This document shows positions 30,477-40,089 of a stretch of DNA of 64,000 nt, piece by piece. Numbering within the stretch: position 1 is the stretch's first letter; every line of letters begins with the position of its first letter. A program made the position numbers and the translations under genes. Source of the DNA: Candidatus Eremiobacteria bacterium (GTDB lineage Bacteria; Vulcanimicrobiota; Vulcanimicrobiia; Vulcanimicrobiales; Vulcanimicrobiaceae); the NCBI GenBank assembly GCA_963737065.1, contig CAVTRC010000002.1, positions 288,001-352,000 of the forward strand, written 5' to 3'. Below the pieces are notes generated by a model. It did not search any database. It was given only the letters and a program-made list of their open reading frames with translations, and was not told the origin of the DNA.

Positions 30477-31460
30477 ATGCCCGCCGCTCGCACGCTAACC
30501 TCCCTTGGGGCATCGCTTGGCCAAGAGGTCCCTGCGCTTGCCGCTAATGCGGTGAAGCAGCTGACCCTCGCCGCGACGACCAGCGAGCCGGACATTGAAA
30601 AGTCGCTCGAACTGTTGCTGGATCGTCTCTGTCTTTCGCTGACGCTCGCCAAACCGGTGGGGCTTGCCGCTTGGGCTGAGCGCGAGGCGCTCAAGTTCGG
30701 CCGAGCCGGCGTTATGGATCTTACCATTGCGGCCACCCATACGCTTTGCACCGCAGCGTTGGCCTACGAGGCCGACCAGCGGCGGGTGTTGGCGTTTCTC
30801 GATGTCCTCGCTCATGAAATCGAGCGGACCGCGCTCGGCGTCGACACGGCCGAATCGGAATTCTCCGGCCTCGACACGACCGATGCGCTCTTGGCCATGC
30901 TCGGCGAGCGCGACTACGGCACGTGCTGCCATTCGAAGGCGACGGCGGAGTGGGCGCGCCGGCTCGCAACCGCGATGGGGTGCGATGCGGAGACGACGGA
31001 GTTCGTCGAACTCTGTGCGCTGCTTCACGACATCGGAAAGATCTCGACGCCGGACGGCGTGCTTTTGAAAGAAGGACCCCTTACCGCAAGCGAGTGGGAC
31101 GTCATGCGCGATCATGCGGCGGCAGGCTCGCGGATTCTCCATCAGATCCCGTCGCTGCAGCGCTGTTCCGTCGTCGTACGCGCGCACCACGAGCGCTATG
31201 ACGGCGGCGGATACCCGGACGGGCTCACCGGCACGAGTATCCCGTTCGAAGCCCGCGTCGTCGCGGTGGCCGACGCGTTTCACGCCATGATCAGCGAGCG
31301 TCCGTACCGGCGCCCGATTCCCCCGCGACAGGCACTCCAGATTTTACAAGAAGGCCGCGGTTCTCAATGGGATCCCGAGGTAGTCGACGCGATGATCGGC
31401 ATGTTCAGCCGTCGCCCGTTGACCGCCGCCCAAGAACATGCGCACCTTTCCTCAGCGTAG
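30477..31460 (+). CDS. HD-GYP phosphodiesterase with helical N-terminal domain
   Basis: LHDIGK, HHERYDGGGYP, VADAFHAM, RPYR. Confidence 0.93.
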   Translation: MPAARTLTSLGASLGQEVPALAANAVKQLTLAATTSEPDIEKSLELLLDRLCLSLTLAKPVGLAAWAEREALKFGRAGVMDLTIAATHTLCTAALAYEADQRRVLAFLDVLAHEIERTALGVDTAESEFSGLDTTDALLAMLGERDYGTCCHSKATAEWARRLATAMGCDAETTEFVELCALLHDIGKISTPDGVLLKEGPLTASEWDVMRDHAAAGSRILHQIPSLQRCSVVVRAHHERYDGGGYPDGLTGTSIPFEARVVAVADAFHAMISERPYRRPIPPRQALQILQEGRGSQWDPEVVDAMIGMFSRRPLTAAQEHAHLSSA

Positions 31461-31571
31461 CGTCCACGCCGAGGAAAGCCCCGCTATCGGGTGGTGGGCA
31501 GAGGCGCCGTTTCACGGCGCCTCTTTAATTTATGCCATGCAGTTGGCACTGACGCGTGCGAGACTGGGGCC

Positions 31572-32027
31572 ATGAACGACTACGTCATAGGTGCCGGTGC
31601 GGTGCTTACCGCCGGTGCCTCCGCAACGATCGCTGGAGCGACGCTTCACATGCAGGTCGATGCGACGCTCGCGCGCACCGTGCAGGCCGCGCTCGTGGAC
31701 TTCGAATCGTCCGGCAAAGCTGAGCTGACCAAAGTCGTGGTCGTCGCCTGCGGATGGAACCCGCGCCGCGTCCAGCATGATCTCGTCGCGCCCCTGCTGG
31801 CACGCGGCGAATGTACGTTGACCGACGTGCTGATCGCGCTCGCACACGCGGCGGGAAGGAGCGAGGTGCATGTGTTTGCGCAGTGGCTCATCGACGACAT
31901 GATGAGTGCGTCAGCGGCGAAATCGGGCGTTACGCTGGTATCGCATCCGCTAGAGTCCGTTCGACAGGCCGCCCTGATCTCTGGTCAGACGTTTTCCCGA
32001 TGGCCCTCGCCCTTGCGCGCGGCTTAG
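31572..32027 (+). CDS. Hypothetical protein
   Basis: Fills the gap between flanking genes with protein-like composition; no recognised motif. Confidence 0.6.
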   Translation: MNDYVIGAGAVLTAGASATIAGATLHMQVDATLARTVQAALVDFESSGKAELTKVVVVACGWNPRRVQHDLVAPLLARGECTLTDVLIALAHAAGRSEVHVFAQWLIDDMMSASAAKSGVTLVSHPLESVRQAALISGQTFSRWPSPLRAA

Positions 32028-32089
32028 GGTATTGGACCGTCGCACCGCCTCAGCGGCCTCCAAGGAGAGCCCGAGTAGTATCGGTGTAG

Positions 32090-32782
32090 ATGCTCACCAT
32101 GGTAAATTCCCGCGTGGCCGTCATCGACGACGACCGCATGGTTCGTGAAATGCTCGAGCTGGGGCTTTCGCGCGAAGGATACGACGTTCAGACTGCATCC
32201 GACGGCTTCGCGGCGCTCGATCTTGTGCGCCGCTTCGATCCCGAGGTTATCGTGCTGGACATCATGATGCCGAAAATCGACGGCATCACGCTCTTGCCGA
32301 AACTTCGCGAAATCACGCAGGCACCGATTCTGATGCTGACGGCGAAGGGCGGCACCGACGACAAAGTGCAGAGCTTGAGTTCCGGTGCAGACGACTATCT
32401 CGTCAAGCCGTTCATCTTCGAAGAATTGATCGCACGCATTCAAGCCAAGCTCCGGCGTCCGCAACTCATCGAAGAGCATGTTCTGCGTTGGCGCGACGTT
32501 GCTATGAACCCGCAGACGCGTGAAGTCTGGCGCGGCAAGGACCCCATCGAACTGACGCAGCGGGAGTTCGACTTGCTGCAAGTGTTCATGCGCGAGCCGC
32601 GGCGCGTCTTCAGCAAGGATCACTTGCTCGAAATCGTCTGGGGACACGACTTCGAGGGCGGTCCGAATATCGTCGAAACATACATCTCGTACCTTCGCGC
32701 GAAGATCGATCGGCCCGGCGAGCGCGGCTCGTTTCTTCGCACCGTTCGAGGAGTCGGCTACGGGCTTTCGCAGCAGTCCTGA
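32090..32782 (+). CDS. OmpR-family response regulator
   Basis: IDDD, LDIMMP, GADDYLVKPF, RTVRGVGY. Confidence 0.96.
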   Translation: MLTMVNSRVAVIDDDRMVREMLELGLSREGYDVQTASDGFAALDLVRRFDPEVIVLDIMMPKIDGITLLPKLREITQAPILMLTAKGGTDDKVQSLSSGADDYLVKPFIFEELIARIQAKLRRPQLIEEHVLRWRDVAMNPQTREVWRGKDPIELTQREFDLLQVFMREPRRVFSKDHLLEIVWGHDFEGGPNIVETYISYLRAKIDRPGERGSFLRTVRGVGYGLSQQS

Positions 32783-32797
32783 TACATCGAACACAGA

Positions 32798-34186
32798 ATG
32801 AAGCAATCGCTCGCGTCGCGGCTCTCTGCGATGTACACCACGCTGCTCGGGATTACGATTCTCTTGGTGCTCGTTGCTTCGGGCATTGCGCTCGTACTCG
32901 AGATGACGCGTTTCACCGGCGACATCGTGATCGCCAAACACGAAGAAGCGCGCATTATCACCGAGCAGAAACGTATGGAAGGACAATCGCTCGCGCAGAC
33001 CGCGCCGGAGCTGGTTGAAGATTTGAGTGGGATCGGCTTGCGCGTCGCGGTCTTCGATAACGAGGGCCGCTTCCTCGCGGGCGACAAGGCATTGCGCCCG
33101 AAGTTGCTCGATCGCGTCGTGGCGATGAATCAAGGGCGAATTCGTTTGATCTTTCCCGGGCCGCCGCCGGGCACGCCTCTTGAACGAACGCGTCATCCCG
33201 AGCCCCTCGACCTGACCGAAGTCGACGGCGGCTACGTCGCCTTTGAACCGTCGATTGCGTTGCTGCTCGTTTCGCTCTTGCCGTATTGGCGCGTCGTCAT
33301 TACGATCGCGATCGCAGCGGTGCTCGTGTCATGGTTTGTGGGCCGTCTCGTGGCACGTCAGGCGCTTCGCCCGGTCTCCGAGATCACCGATTCGCTGCGC
33401 GCGCTTGCGGCGGGCGACTTCACGCAGCGGCGCTTCATGGCGCCGGGCGGTGACGAGATCGGCGAGTTGACGATCGCGTATAACGACGCGGCGGCGGGCG
33501 TCGCGGCTGCGATGAGCGAGCGCCGGCAGACCGAAGAGCGGATGCGCCAATTTGTCGCCGATGCGGGACACGAGCTGCGCACGCCGCTCACGGTCATCGG
33601 CGGATACATCGACGTGCTGCGGCGCGGCGCGGTCGCCGAACCGACGATCGCGCGCCAGATTCTCGGGACGATGTCGATCGAGAAGGAACACATGCGCGGT
33701 CTCATCGACCGCTTGATGCGTCTTGCTCGCCTGGATTCCGAGACACCGCCCAACAAGGAGACGATCGACGTCGCGCAGCTTTTGCGCGATCAATGCGACG
33801 CTGCGCGGCGGCTCGATGATACGCGTCAGATCGATTACAGCGTCGACGGCGCGAGCGTGATTGAAGCGGACCGTGCCGAACTCGGCGAAGCGATCTGGAA
33901 CGTCATCGAAAACGCCTTGAAATACGCGCCCGACGCGCCGATCCATCTGCGCGCGAACCGGATGAACGGCCATACCGCGATTACCGTTAGCGACGAGGGA
34001 CCGGGGATGAGCGAATCCGAGCGCATTCACGCGTTCGAGCGTTTCTATCGCGGCGACCAGCGCGGCGAAATCAACGGAAGCGGGCTCGGTCTGGCGATTG
34101 CCAAACGCGCGGTCGAGCGTGCCGGCGGCTCGATCGAACTGCAGAGCGCGCCCAATCACGGCACGACGGTCGTCATCACACTTTAA
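32798..34186 (+). CDS. HAMP-containing sensor histidine kinase
   Basis: Two TM helices, HAMP, HELRTPL, NALKY, DEGPG, GSGLGL. Confidence 0.96.
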   Translation: MKQSLASRLSAMYTTLLGITILLVLVASGIALVLEMTRFTGDIVIAKHEEARIITEQKRMEGQSLAQTAPELVEDLSGIGLRVAVFDNEGRFLAGDKALRPKLLDRVVAMNQGRIRLIFPGPPPGTPLERTRHPEPLDLTEVDGGYVAFEPSIALLLVSLLPYWRVVITIAIAAVLVSWFVGRLVARQALRPVSEITDSLRALAAGDFTQRRFMAPGGDEIGELTIAYNDAAAGVAAAMSERRQTEERMRQFVADAGHELRTPLTVIGGYIDVLRRGAVAEPTIARQILGTMSIEKEHMRGLIDRLMRLARLDSETPPNKETIDVAQLLRDQCDAARRLDDTRQIDYSVDGASVIEADRAELGEAIWNVIENALKYAPDAPIHLRANRMNGHTAITVSDEGPGMSESERIHAFERFYRGDQRGEINGSGLGLAIAKRAVERAGGSIELQSAPNHGTTVVITL

Positions 34187-34242
34187 TCCAGATCGATCAT
34201 TTCCTCAGTCTCTTATCAGCCGTTTTCGCAAAAATCAGCGCG

Positions 34243-37200
34243 ATGGTCTGTCGTTTGCTTGCCGTTTGGAGCGCGCTTGCCCTGTTGTTCGTTTCGGTTC
34301 CCGCTGCGGTGCTCGCACAGGACGATTCGGGCTCGATCCGCATTATCGTGAACGATGAAAGCGGAAAGACGCCGCTCGCGCTCGCGCGCGTCGTGCTCGA
34401 CGGTCCCGTCGTCACGAGCGAGCTAACCGGCAAACGCGGAGACGTCTACTTCACCGACGTACCAGACGGCATCTATCACGCCCGCATCGCCGCCCGCGGC
34501 TATCAGACGATCACGTCGGCACCGTTTGAGGTCGTCAACGGTCGTAACGTAACGGTGAACGTCACGCTCGCGCTCGCGACGAATCTGAAGATCATCGGAT
34601 CGGTCACCGCCAAGTCGTCCGCGTCGATCTCCACTACGTCGATCAACGAGAACTCGCCGCAGCGGAAGCTCTCGTCCGATCTCGCCGACGCACTCAATAA
34701 GCTCTCCGGCGTCAACGTGTCGACATCGGGCGACGACAGCGACTCCGAGCAAACGATATCGCTCGAAGGTCACGATCCCAGCCAGACGCAGTTGACGCTT
34801 GACGGGATCCCGCTCAACGCCCCGGGCCAATCCGGAAACCTCGGCGGATTCGCGACCGATCTCTTCGGCGGCGCCTCGGTCCATCAAGGACCGGGCATCG
34901 GCGGTCTTGGCGGCAGCGTCGGGTTTTCGACGTTGCAACCGACGTTAACGTGGCGCTCCACGCTGCAGCTCGGGGTCGGAAGCAACGGCCGCTACAACTA
35001 TTCGATGGGCGAAACCGGATCGTTCGGTAAACTCGGCACGGCGTTGCAGGGGACGTATCGATCGTATCCGAGCCTGGCCGACGGCATGACCTACCTCGAC
35101 GCGAGCGGTCTCGACTATTCGCACAATGGCGATTCCGGGATCGCAGGCGAACTCGCGCGCTTCCGCTATCAGTTCAGCGATTCCCAGACGTTGACGGGAA
35201 CGTTCCTCGGATCGAGCCGCTCGACCAACCTTGTGTGCCTGCGCATCACGCAAGCGGTGCCCTGCGGGTACGGTCCGGATAACACGTCGAGCAGCAACGT
35301 TCAAATGTATTCGCTTCAGGACAACGCGCTCGTCGGTCAAACGAGCATTGTGGCGTCGATCTATTCCACGTCGTTCTTCAACCTTAACGACCAGCTCAAC
35401 CGCTACGTTGACGGCGTGGCTCAGCCGATCGGCTTCGCGACGGACACGAGTAGTCACGGCTACACCGTGAGCGCGACGCTCCCCGAACGAGAGCGCCACA
35501 CGATTTCGTTGCAGGCATACGGCGCGTGGACCGATCAGAGCACCTCGCCGCTCGTCGCGCAAGCGCAACCGTACTACAACAGTGCGCAGTATTCGAACTA
35601 CAACGCGTTTCAGTTAACGGACACGATCTACTCCAACGATAAGTTGACGCTATCCGAATCCGTTGGAGGGAACCGTTCGATCCGCGGTCTCTCGAGCGGG
35701 CTCGCGACGATCGGCGCAACGTGGAAACCGACGACGCGCGATACATGGAGCGGCTACGTGTCGCTCGGTGGTGTGGCGCCGACGCTGTCGCGCTCGACGG
35801 TGCTTACCGACCCCGCGTCGCTGCGTTTCGACTGCAACGGAAACGTCATTTACGGCAACGCGCCCGGCGATCAGCCGGCCGCGAGTTCTTCATCTTCGGA
35901 ACGCGTCGGTTACACGCGCGCGTTCCGCGGAACGTCGGTGACGTTCCAGCTCTATAACCAAATACAAAACGGCACGGTGCTGCCGGTGCAAGTCAATGGG
36001 TCCGTGCTCTCCGCAAACGGCACGATCTCGCCGCAATATCTCGACGCCGTTCAGCAAGTCTACCAATCGACCGCGGGATGTTCTGCGAAGACGCCGCTGA
36101 ATGCAACGCAACTCTACTTCACGACGCCGGTCGGCGGCGTGAAGCGCGTGTTCCAGGGCGGTTCCGTGAGCGGCTTCGTCACGCTTGGAAACGTCATCGC
36201 GCAGCCGTTCTGGGATGTGAACGTTTCGAAGATCGTTTCGAACGATCCGCGCATCGACAATCCATATTCGATCGAGATTCCCGGCGATCAAGTCCCGAAC
36301 GTGCCGTTACAGCGCGGCGGCATCGTGCTCGACTATAAGTCTCCGCACTCGGCGATCGAGTGGCTTGCCGACGCGATGTACACGGGGAAGAACAATCCGA
36401 ATAACCTGCCGGCATACACGACGTTCGACGTGGGTGCGAGCACGGCGTTCGATCGAGGATCGCTAACGTTTGCGGTGAGCAACATCGGCAACACCTACGC
36501 CGGTACCTTCGCAAGTCCGCAATATGCGGTGCCGTACGTCACGCAGAACGGGACGTTCGTTCCGACGATTGCCCGTCCGCTTACGCCGCGGACGTATTCC
36601 GTCACGTATAATGCGAAGTTCGGCGCGGGCGGGTCGAATTTCGGGCAATCGCCCGTCGAAGTCGGGCGCCCGAGTATTCCGGGTGCACGTGGCGCGCGCG
36701 GCGGGCCGGGCGCAGCGGGCGCTCCCGGTGGACCAGGCGGCGGCCGTGAAGGCGGCGGCTTCCGTTCGATGTTCAGTCCGCTCCCCACGTCTGCGCCTTC
36801 GAACGCGCTCGACGTGCAGACCGCGTCGTGCACGGGCGACGCGCTTGCGACCTCTCAGAAACTTTCTGCCGGATTGAAGGCCTACGTTGCGCGCATCGAC
36901 GCAGCGAAAACCGCGCAAGGCTACCCTGCGTCAATGCCGCCGCCGTCGATCGACGGAGCGACCGTCACGTATCATGGCATGGGATCGACTTACGCGCTCA
37001 CGATCGTTCCACGCTTGCAATCGCAATCCGGAAACGTGGAGCTCGCATCGGAAGTGGTCGCGAATGCAGCGAAGTCGCCGAACGCGCAACGCGGCGAACG
37101 GGGCGGCGGTTTCCGCGCGTTCCTCGGATGTTTTCCGCTCCATATTGCAACGAGCGACGACGTGACGAGCCGTCATCTCTACACGCAGACGGGGACGTTC

Positions 37201-37677
37201 CGCGGCTTGCAGTTGACCTTTATGCCCCAGGTCGGACTGTATTTCAATCCGCGTCCGCAGCAGGCCGGTCAGGAAACGTTCCGTGTCTACGCGCTGCCGC
37301 AGAAGCCTCCCTCGAATCCGTTCGAAGTGCGCACGGCCGCGTCGTGTACCGGGGATGCGCGCAGCACCGCAACCGAAGCGCTCGACGAACTCAAAGCGTA
37401 TTTTGCGAATCCGTCAGCCGGGAAGACGGCGCTGTGGACGATCGCACCGCACACCGCGAAGAGCGGAACGTGGTACGATCTGATGCCGGGCGATCCGGCG
37501 ATCATCGGTTCGCTCTTGAGTTGCGGGCGCATTGGAAATGCAACGCCTCAGGACATCGTCGCTAAAGGCTGGGACGGGGCGATGCCGCCGCATCTGAATT
37601 ACGCTGCGCCGTACGGGCTCTACATCATTCGGCCGCAGCCGAATCCGAATCAGTCGCCTCGGCCGAGCGGCCCATAG
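34243..37677 (+). CDS. TonB-dependent receptor with a long C-terminal extension
   Basis: Signal peptide, N-domain, plug (LADALNKLSGV, LDGIPL), barrel ending PRTYSVTYNAKF, then ~350 extra aa. Confidence 0.8.
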   Translation: MVCRLLAVWSALALLFVSVPAAVLAQDDSGSIRIIVNDESGKTPLALARVVLDGPVVTSELTGKRGDVYFTDVPDGIYHARIAARGYQTITSAPFEVVNGRNVTVNVTLALATNLKIIGSVTAKSSASISTTSINENSPQRKLSSDLADALNKLSGVNVSTSGDDSDSEQTISLEGHDPSQTQLTLDGIPLNAPGQSGNLGGFATDLFGGASVHQGPGIGGLGGSVGFSTLQPTLTWRSTLQLGVGSNGRYNYSMGETGSFGKLGTALQGTYRSYPSLADGMTYLDASGLDYSHNGDSGIAGELARFRYQFSDSQTLTGTFLGSSRSTNLVCLRITQAVPCGYGPDNTSSSNVQMYSLQDNALVGQTSIVASIYSTSFFNLNDQLNRYVDGVAQPIGFATDTSSHGYTVSATLPERERHTISLQAYGAWTDQSTSPLVAQAQPYYNSAQYSNYNAFQLTDTIYSNDKLTLSESVGGNRSIRGLSSGLATIGATWKPTTRDTWSGYVSLGGVAPTLSRSTVLTDPASLRFDCNGNVIYGNAPGDQPAASSSSSERVGYTRAFRGTSVTFQLYNQIQNGTVLPVQVNGSVLSANGTISPQYLDAVQQVYQSTAGCSAKTPLNATQLYFTTPVGGVKRVFQGGSVSGFVTLGNVIAQPFWDVNVSKIVSNDPRIDNPYSIEIPGDQVPNVPLQRGGIVLDYKSPHSAIEWLADAMYTGKNNPNNLPAYTTFDVGASTAFDRGSLTFAVSNIGNTYAGTFASPQYAVPYVTQNGTFVPTIARPLTPRTYSVTYNAKFGAGGSNFGQSPVEVGRPSIPGARGARGGPGAAGAPGGPGGGREGGGFRSMFSPLPTSAPSNALDVQTASCTGDALATSQKLSAGLKAYVARIDAAKTAQGYPASMPPPSIDGATVTYHGMGSTYALTIVPRLQSQSGNVELASEVVANAAKSPNAQRGERGGGFRAFLGCFPLHIATSDDVTSRHLYTQTGTFRGLQLTFMPQVGLYFNPRPQQAGQETFRVYALPQKPPSNPFEVRTAASCTGDARSTATEALDELKAYFANPSAGKTALWTIAPHTAKSGTWYDLMPGDPAIIGSLLSCGRIGNATPQDIVAKGWDGAMPPHLNYAAPYGLYIIRPQPNPNQSPRPSGP

Positions 37678-38206
37678 CGCGGCCGAGATCAACCATCTCG
37701 CGCATGCGCGGATGGTCGCCCGGAATCGTGGTCACCCATGATTCGAACCGCGGTACTCGCTCGCCGAGGCGGAACAGCACGTACCACACGTTCATATCCC
37801 CGATGAACGAAAAGCGTTTCTTGACGTCTTTGGCGATCGCGTCGTAGCCCGAAAACGACGCGACGTAGCGGTGGAAGTCACCGTACTCGTGTACGAGGTC
37901 ATGGAGCGCGCGCGCGTTTGCGACGGTGGCTGCCACTTTGCGGCGCATGCGCAGAATGCCGGGTTCGGAAAGAACCCGCTCGATATCGGCTTCGGTAAAT
38001 TTCGCAACGCGGTCGATGTCGAATCCGTCGAATGCGCGCCGGTAAGCGTCCCACTGTAACGAAATTTGCGCCCAGCTTACGCCCGCCTGAAACACCGCCC
38101 GCGTCATCACTTCGAAGACGTCGGCGAGTTGCGGATTCACGACGACTTCCGGCACGCGGGTTTGCGCGTTCAAGGCAAGCGGGTCAGGGGGCGTTTCGCG
38201 GGGCAT
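37625..38206 (-). CDS. DNA-3-methyladenine glycosylase I family protein
   Basis: FQAGVSW, RRAFDGFD, KVAATVANA, KKRFSFIG. Confidence 0.85.
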   Translation of the reverse strand: MPRETPPDPLALNAQTRVPEVVVNPQLADVFEVMTRAVFQAGVSWAQISLQWDAYRRAFDGFDIDRVAKFTEADIERVLSEPGILRMRRKVAATVANARALHDLVHEYGDFHRYVASFSGYDAIAKDVKKRFSFIGDMNVWYVLFRLGERVPRFESWVTTIPGDHPRMREMVDLGRAMGRSAEATDSDSAAAE

Positions 38207-39362
38207 CGAGCGCAAGTGCCGTCATCATCGCAACGCCGTTGCGTAGCGCCGATTCATCGATGTCGAAAAGGCTGGAGTGATGCGGATGGCTCGTTTCCGG
38301 CGAGCTGCTCGCACCGAGCGTATAAAAACACGCCGGGACACGTTGCGCAAAGAACGAGAAATCTTCCGCGCCCATCAGCTGCGACGCGTCGACGACCATG
38401 TGATCTTCGACGAGGTTCGTCGCGAGCGCACGCGCGTATTGCGTTTGGTGCGCGTCATTCACCGTGACCGGATAGCGCCAGAGATACGTGTACTCGTACG
38501 TCGCGCCCGATGCATCGCAACACGCATTGAGCACGCGTTCGATGCGTCCCGGCATCGCTTCGCGAACCTCATTGGAAAACGCGCGAACGGTTCCCAGCAT
38601 GCGGCATTGCCGCGGAATCACATTGTGCGTCGTTCCCGCATAAATCGATCCGATCGTAACGACGGCAGGCTCGAGCGGATCGACTTGCCGCGATACGACT
38701 TGCTGGACGGACGTGATGAATGTTGCGGCCGTGTAGATTGGATCGATTGCGTCGTGCGGCGCTGAGCCGTGCCCACCGACCCCAATGACGTCGATCTCGA
38801 CCGAGTCGCTCGATGCGTACATCGGGCCTTCGCGAAATCCCAGCACGCCCGTCTGATATTTAGTGGAAAGATGAAGACCGTACGCGCGTTCGATTCCGAA
38901 TCGCTCGAAGAGACCGTCCTCAATCATGACCTTTGCGCCGCCAAGGCCTTCCTCGGCAGGTTGGAAAACGAGGCAGACCGTGCCGCTGAGTTCATCGCGG
39001 CGTTCGGCAATCAATGCGGCCGCACCGAGCAACACGGCGACATGTCCGTCGTGTCCGCACGCATGCATTCGTCCATCGGCCTGCGAGCGATACGCGTGCG
39101 TTCGTTCTTCCGTAATCGGAAGCGCGTCCATATCCGCGCGCAACATGATCGTGCGCCCCGGCTGCGCACCGTGCATCACGCCGACAACTCCGGTACCGCC
39201 GATGCGCTCGTGGACGTCGAACCCGAGCGCGCGCAGCCGGTCGGCGACGATACCGGCCGTGCGATGTTCTTGGAATCCGAGCTCCGGATGCATGTGCAGG
39301 TCTCGTCGAATCAAAATGACGTCATCGCACAAGCGCTCGGGAACGGTGATTGTCGGTGCCAT
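38184..39362 (-). CDS. M20D amidohydrolase
   Basis: HMHPELGF, RADMDAL, MHACGHDGH, QPAEE, GAEDF. Confidence 0.95.
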   Translation of the reverse strand: MAPTITVPERLCDDVILIRRDLHMHPELGFQEHRTAGIVADRLRALGFDVHERIGGTGVVGVMHGAQPGRTIMLRADMDALPITEERTHAYRSQADGRMHACGHDGHVAVLLGAAALIAERRDELSGTVCLVFQPAEEGLGGAKVMIEDGLFERFGIERAYGLHLSTKYQTGVLGFREGPMYASSDSVEIDVIGVGGHGSAPHDAIDPIYTAATFITSVQQVVSRQVDPLEPAVVTIGSIYAGTTHNVIPRQCRMLGTVRAFSNEVREAMPGRIERVLNACCDASGATYEYTYLWRYPVTVNDAHQTQYARALATNLVEDHMVVDASQLMGAEDFSFFAQRVPACFYTLGASSSPETSHPHHSSLFDIDESALRNGVAMMTALALDAPRNAP

Positions 39363-39523
39363 TCGTGCTCGTTCTTCGAGGCTACATCCGGTTCCGTGTG
39401 GGACTTGGGCCCTCCGCGGTATCCGAATCGCAGAAGGGACTTTAGTCGCAAGAGTCGGAAAAGGCCGCACACGCTCGCGGGATGGGGCGTTGAGCGCAAA
39501 CGTATCTTGGGGACCCACGGCTC

Positions 39524-39955
39524 ATGACGAAGACGGAATTGTTCACGGAGTACGGTTCGTATCACGCGGACCGGCGCAACCGTGTTTGTCATGCCGTTGG
39601 GATTCCATTGATCGTGTTGGGGATTATGGGTCTTGGGCACCTCGTGGCCCTCGGTCCGGTCGATCTCGCGGCCTTGGCCGCGATTGGCGTCCTCATCTAC
39701 TACGCCGCCATCGATCTTCGCGGTGCTTTGCTCTCGACGATCGTCTTCGCGATTCTGTACCTAATCGCGATCCGGTTGTCGTGGCAGATCAGTTTGGGAG
39801 CCTTCGTCCTCGGATGGGTCTTTCAACTCGCCGGCCATCGCTTCGAAGGAACCAGACCGAAATTTTTGGAGAACCTCGTGTACCTCCTCATCGGCCCGCT
39901 CTACATGTTCGAAGAGACGTTCGACGCCGTGACGCGATCGAGGCGCTTGACTTAA
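39524..39955 (+). CDS. DUF962/Mpo1-like membrane protein
   Basis: YH...NRVCHAVGIP and GWVFQLAGHRFEG.RP motifs. Confidence 0.88.
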   Translation: MTKTELFTEYGSYHADRRNRVCHAVGIPLIVLGIMGLGHLVALGPVDLAALAAIGVLIYYAAIDLRGALLSTIVFAILYLIAIRLSWQISLGAFVLGWVFQLAGHRFEGTRPKFLENLVYLLIGPLYMFEETFDAVTRSRRLT

Positions 39956-39969
39956 CTTTGCTGACAATA

Positions 39970-40065
39970 GCGTGGTAGGCATCCATTCTTCGGATGGGGT
40001 TAGGGTCCCACGGTAGCGTTTCCAACGTACCACGGCGAGTCTTACCAGTCGTTGACCACCACGTC
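39970..40065 (+). ncRNA. Candidate structured 5' leader of the zinc-ribbon gene
   Basis: Closing helix TGGTAGG/CTTACCA around a cUUCGg hairpin and a GGTA-G-CGTT/AACG-TACC hairpin. Confidence 0.45.
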
Positions 40066-40089
40066 GCACTTTGAGGAGTTTCTCGTTTC

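Noticed and set aside
32024..33196. 390-aa minus-strand ORF
   Set aside because: Antisense to a clear response regulator/kinase pair
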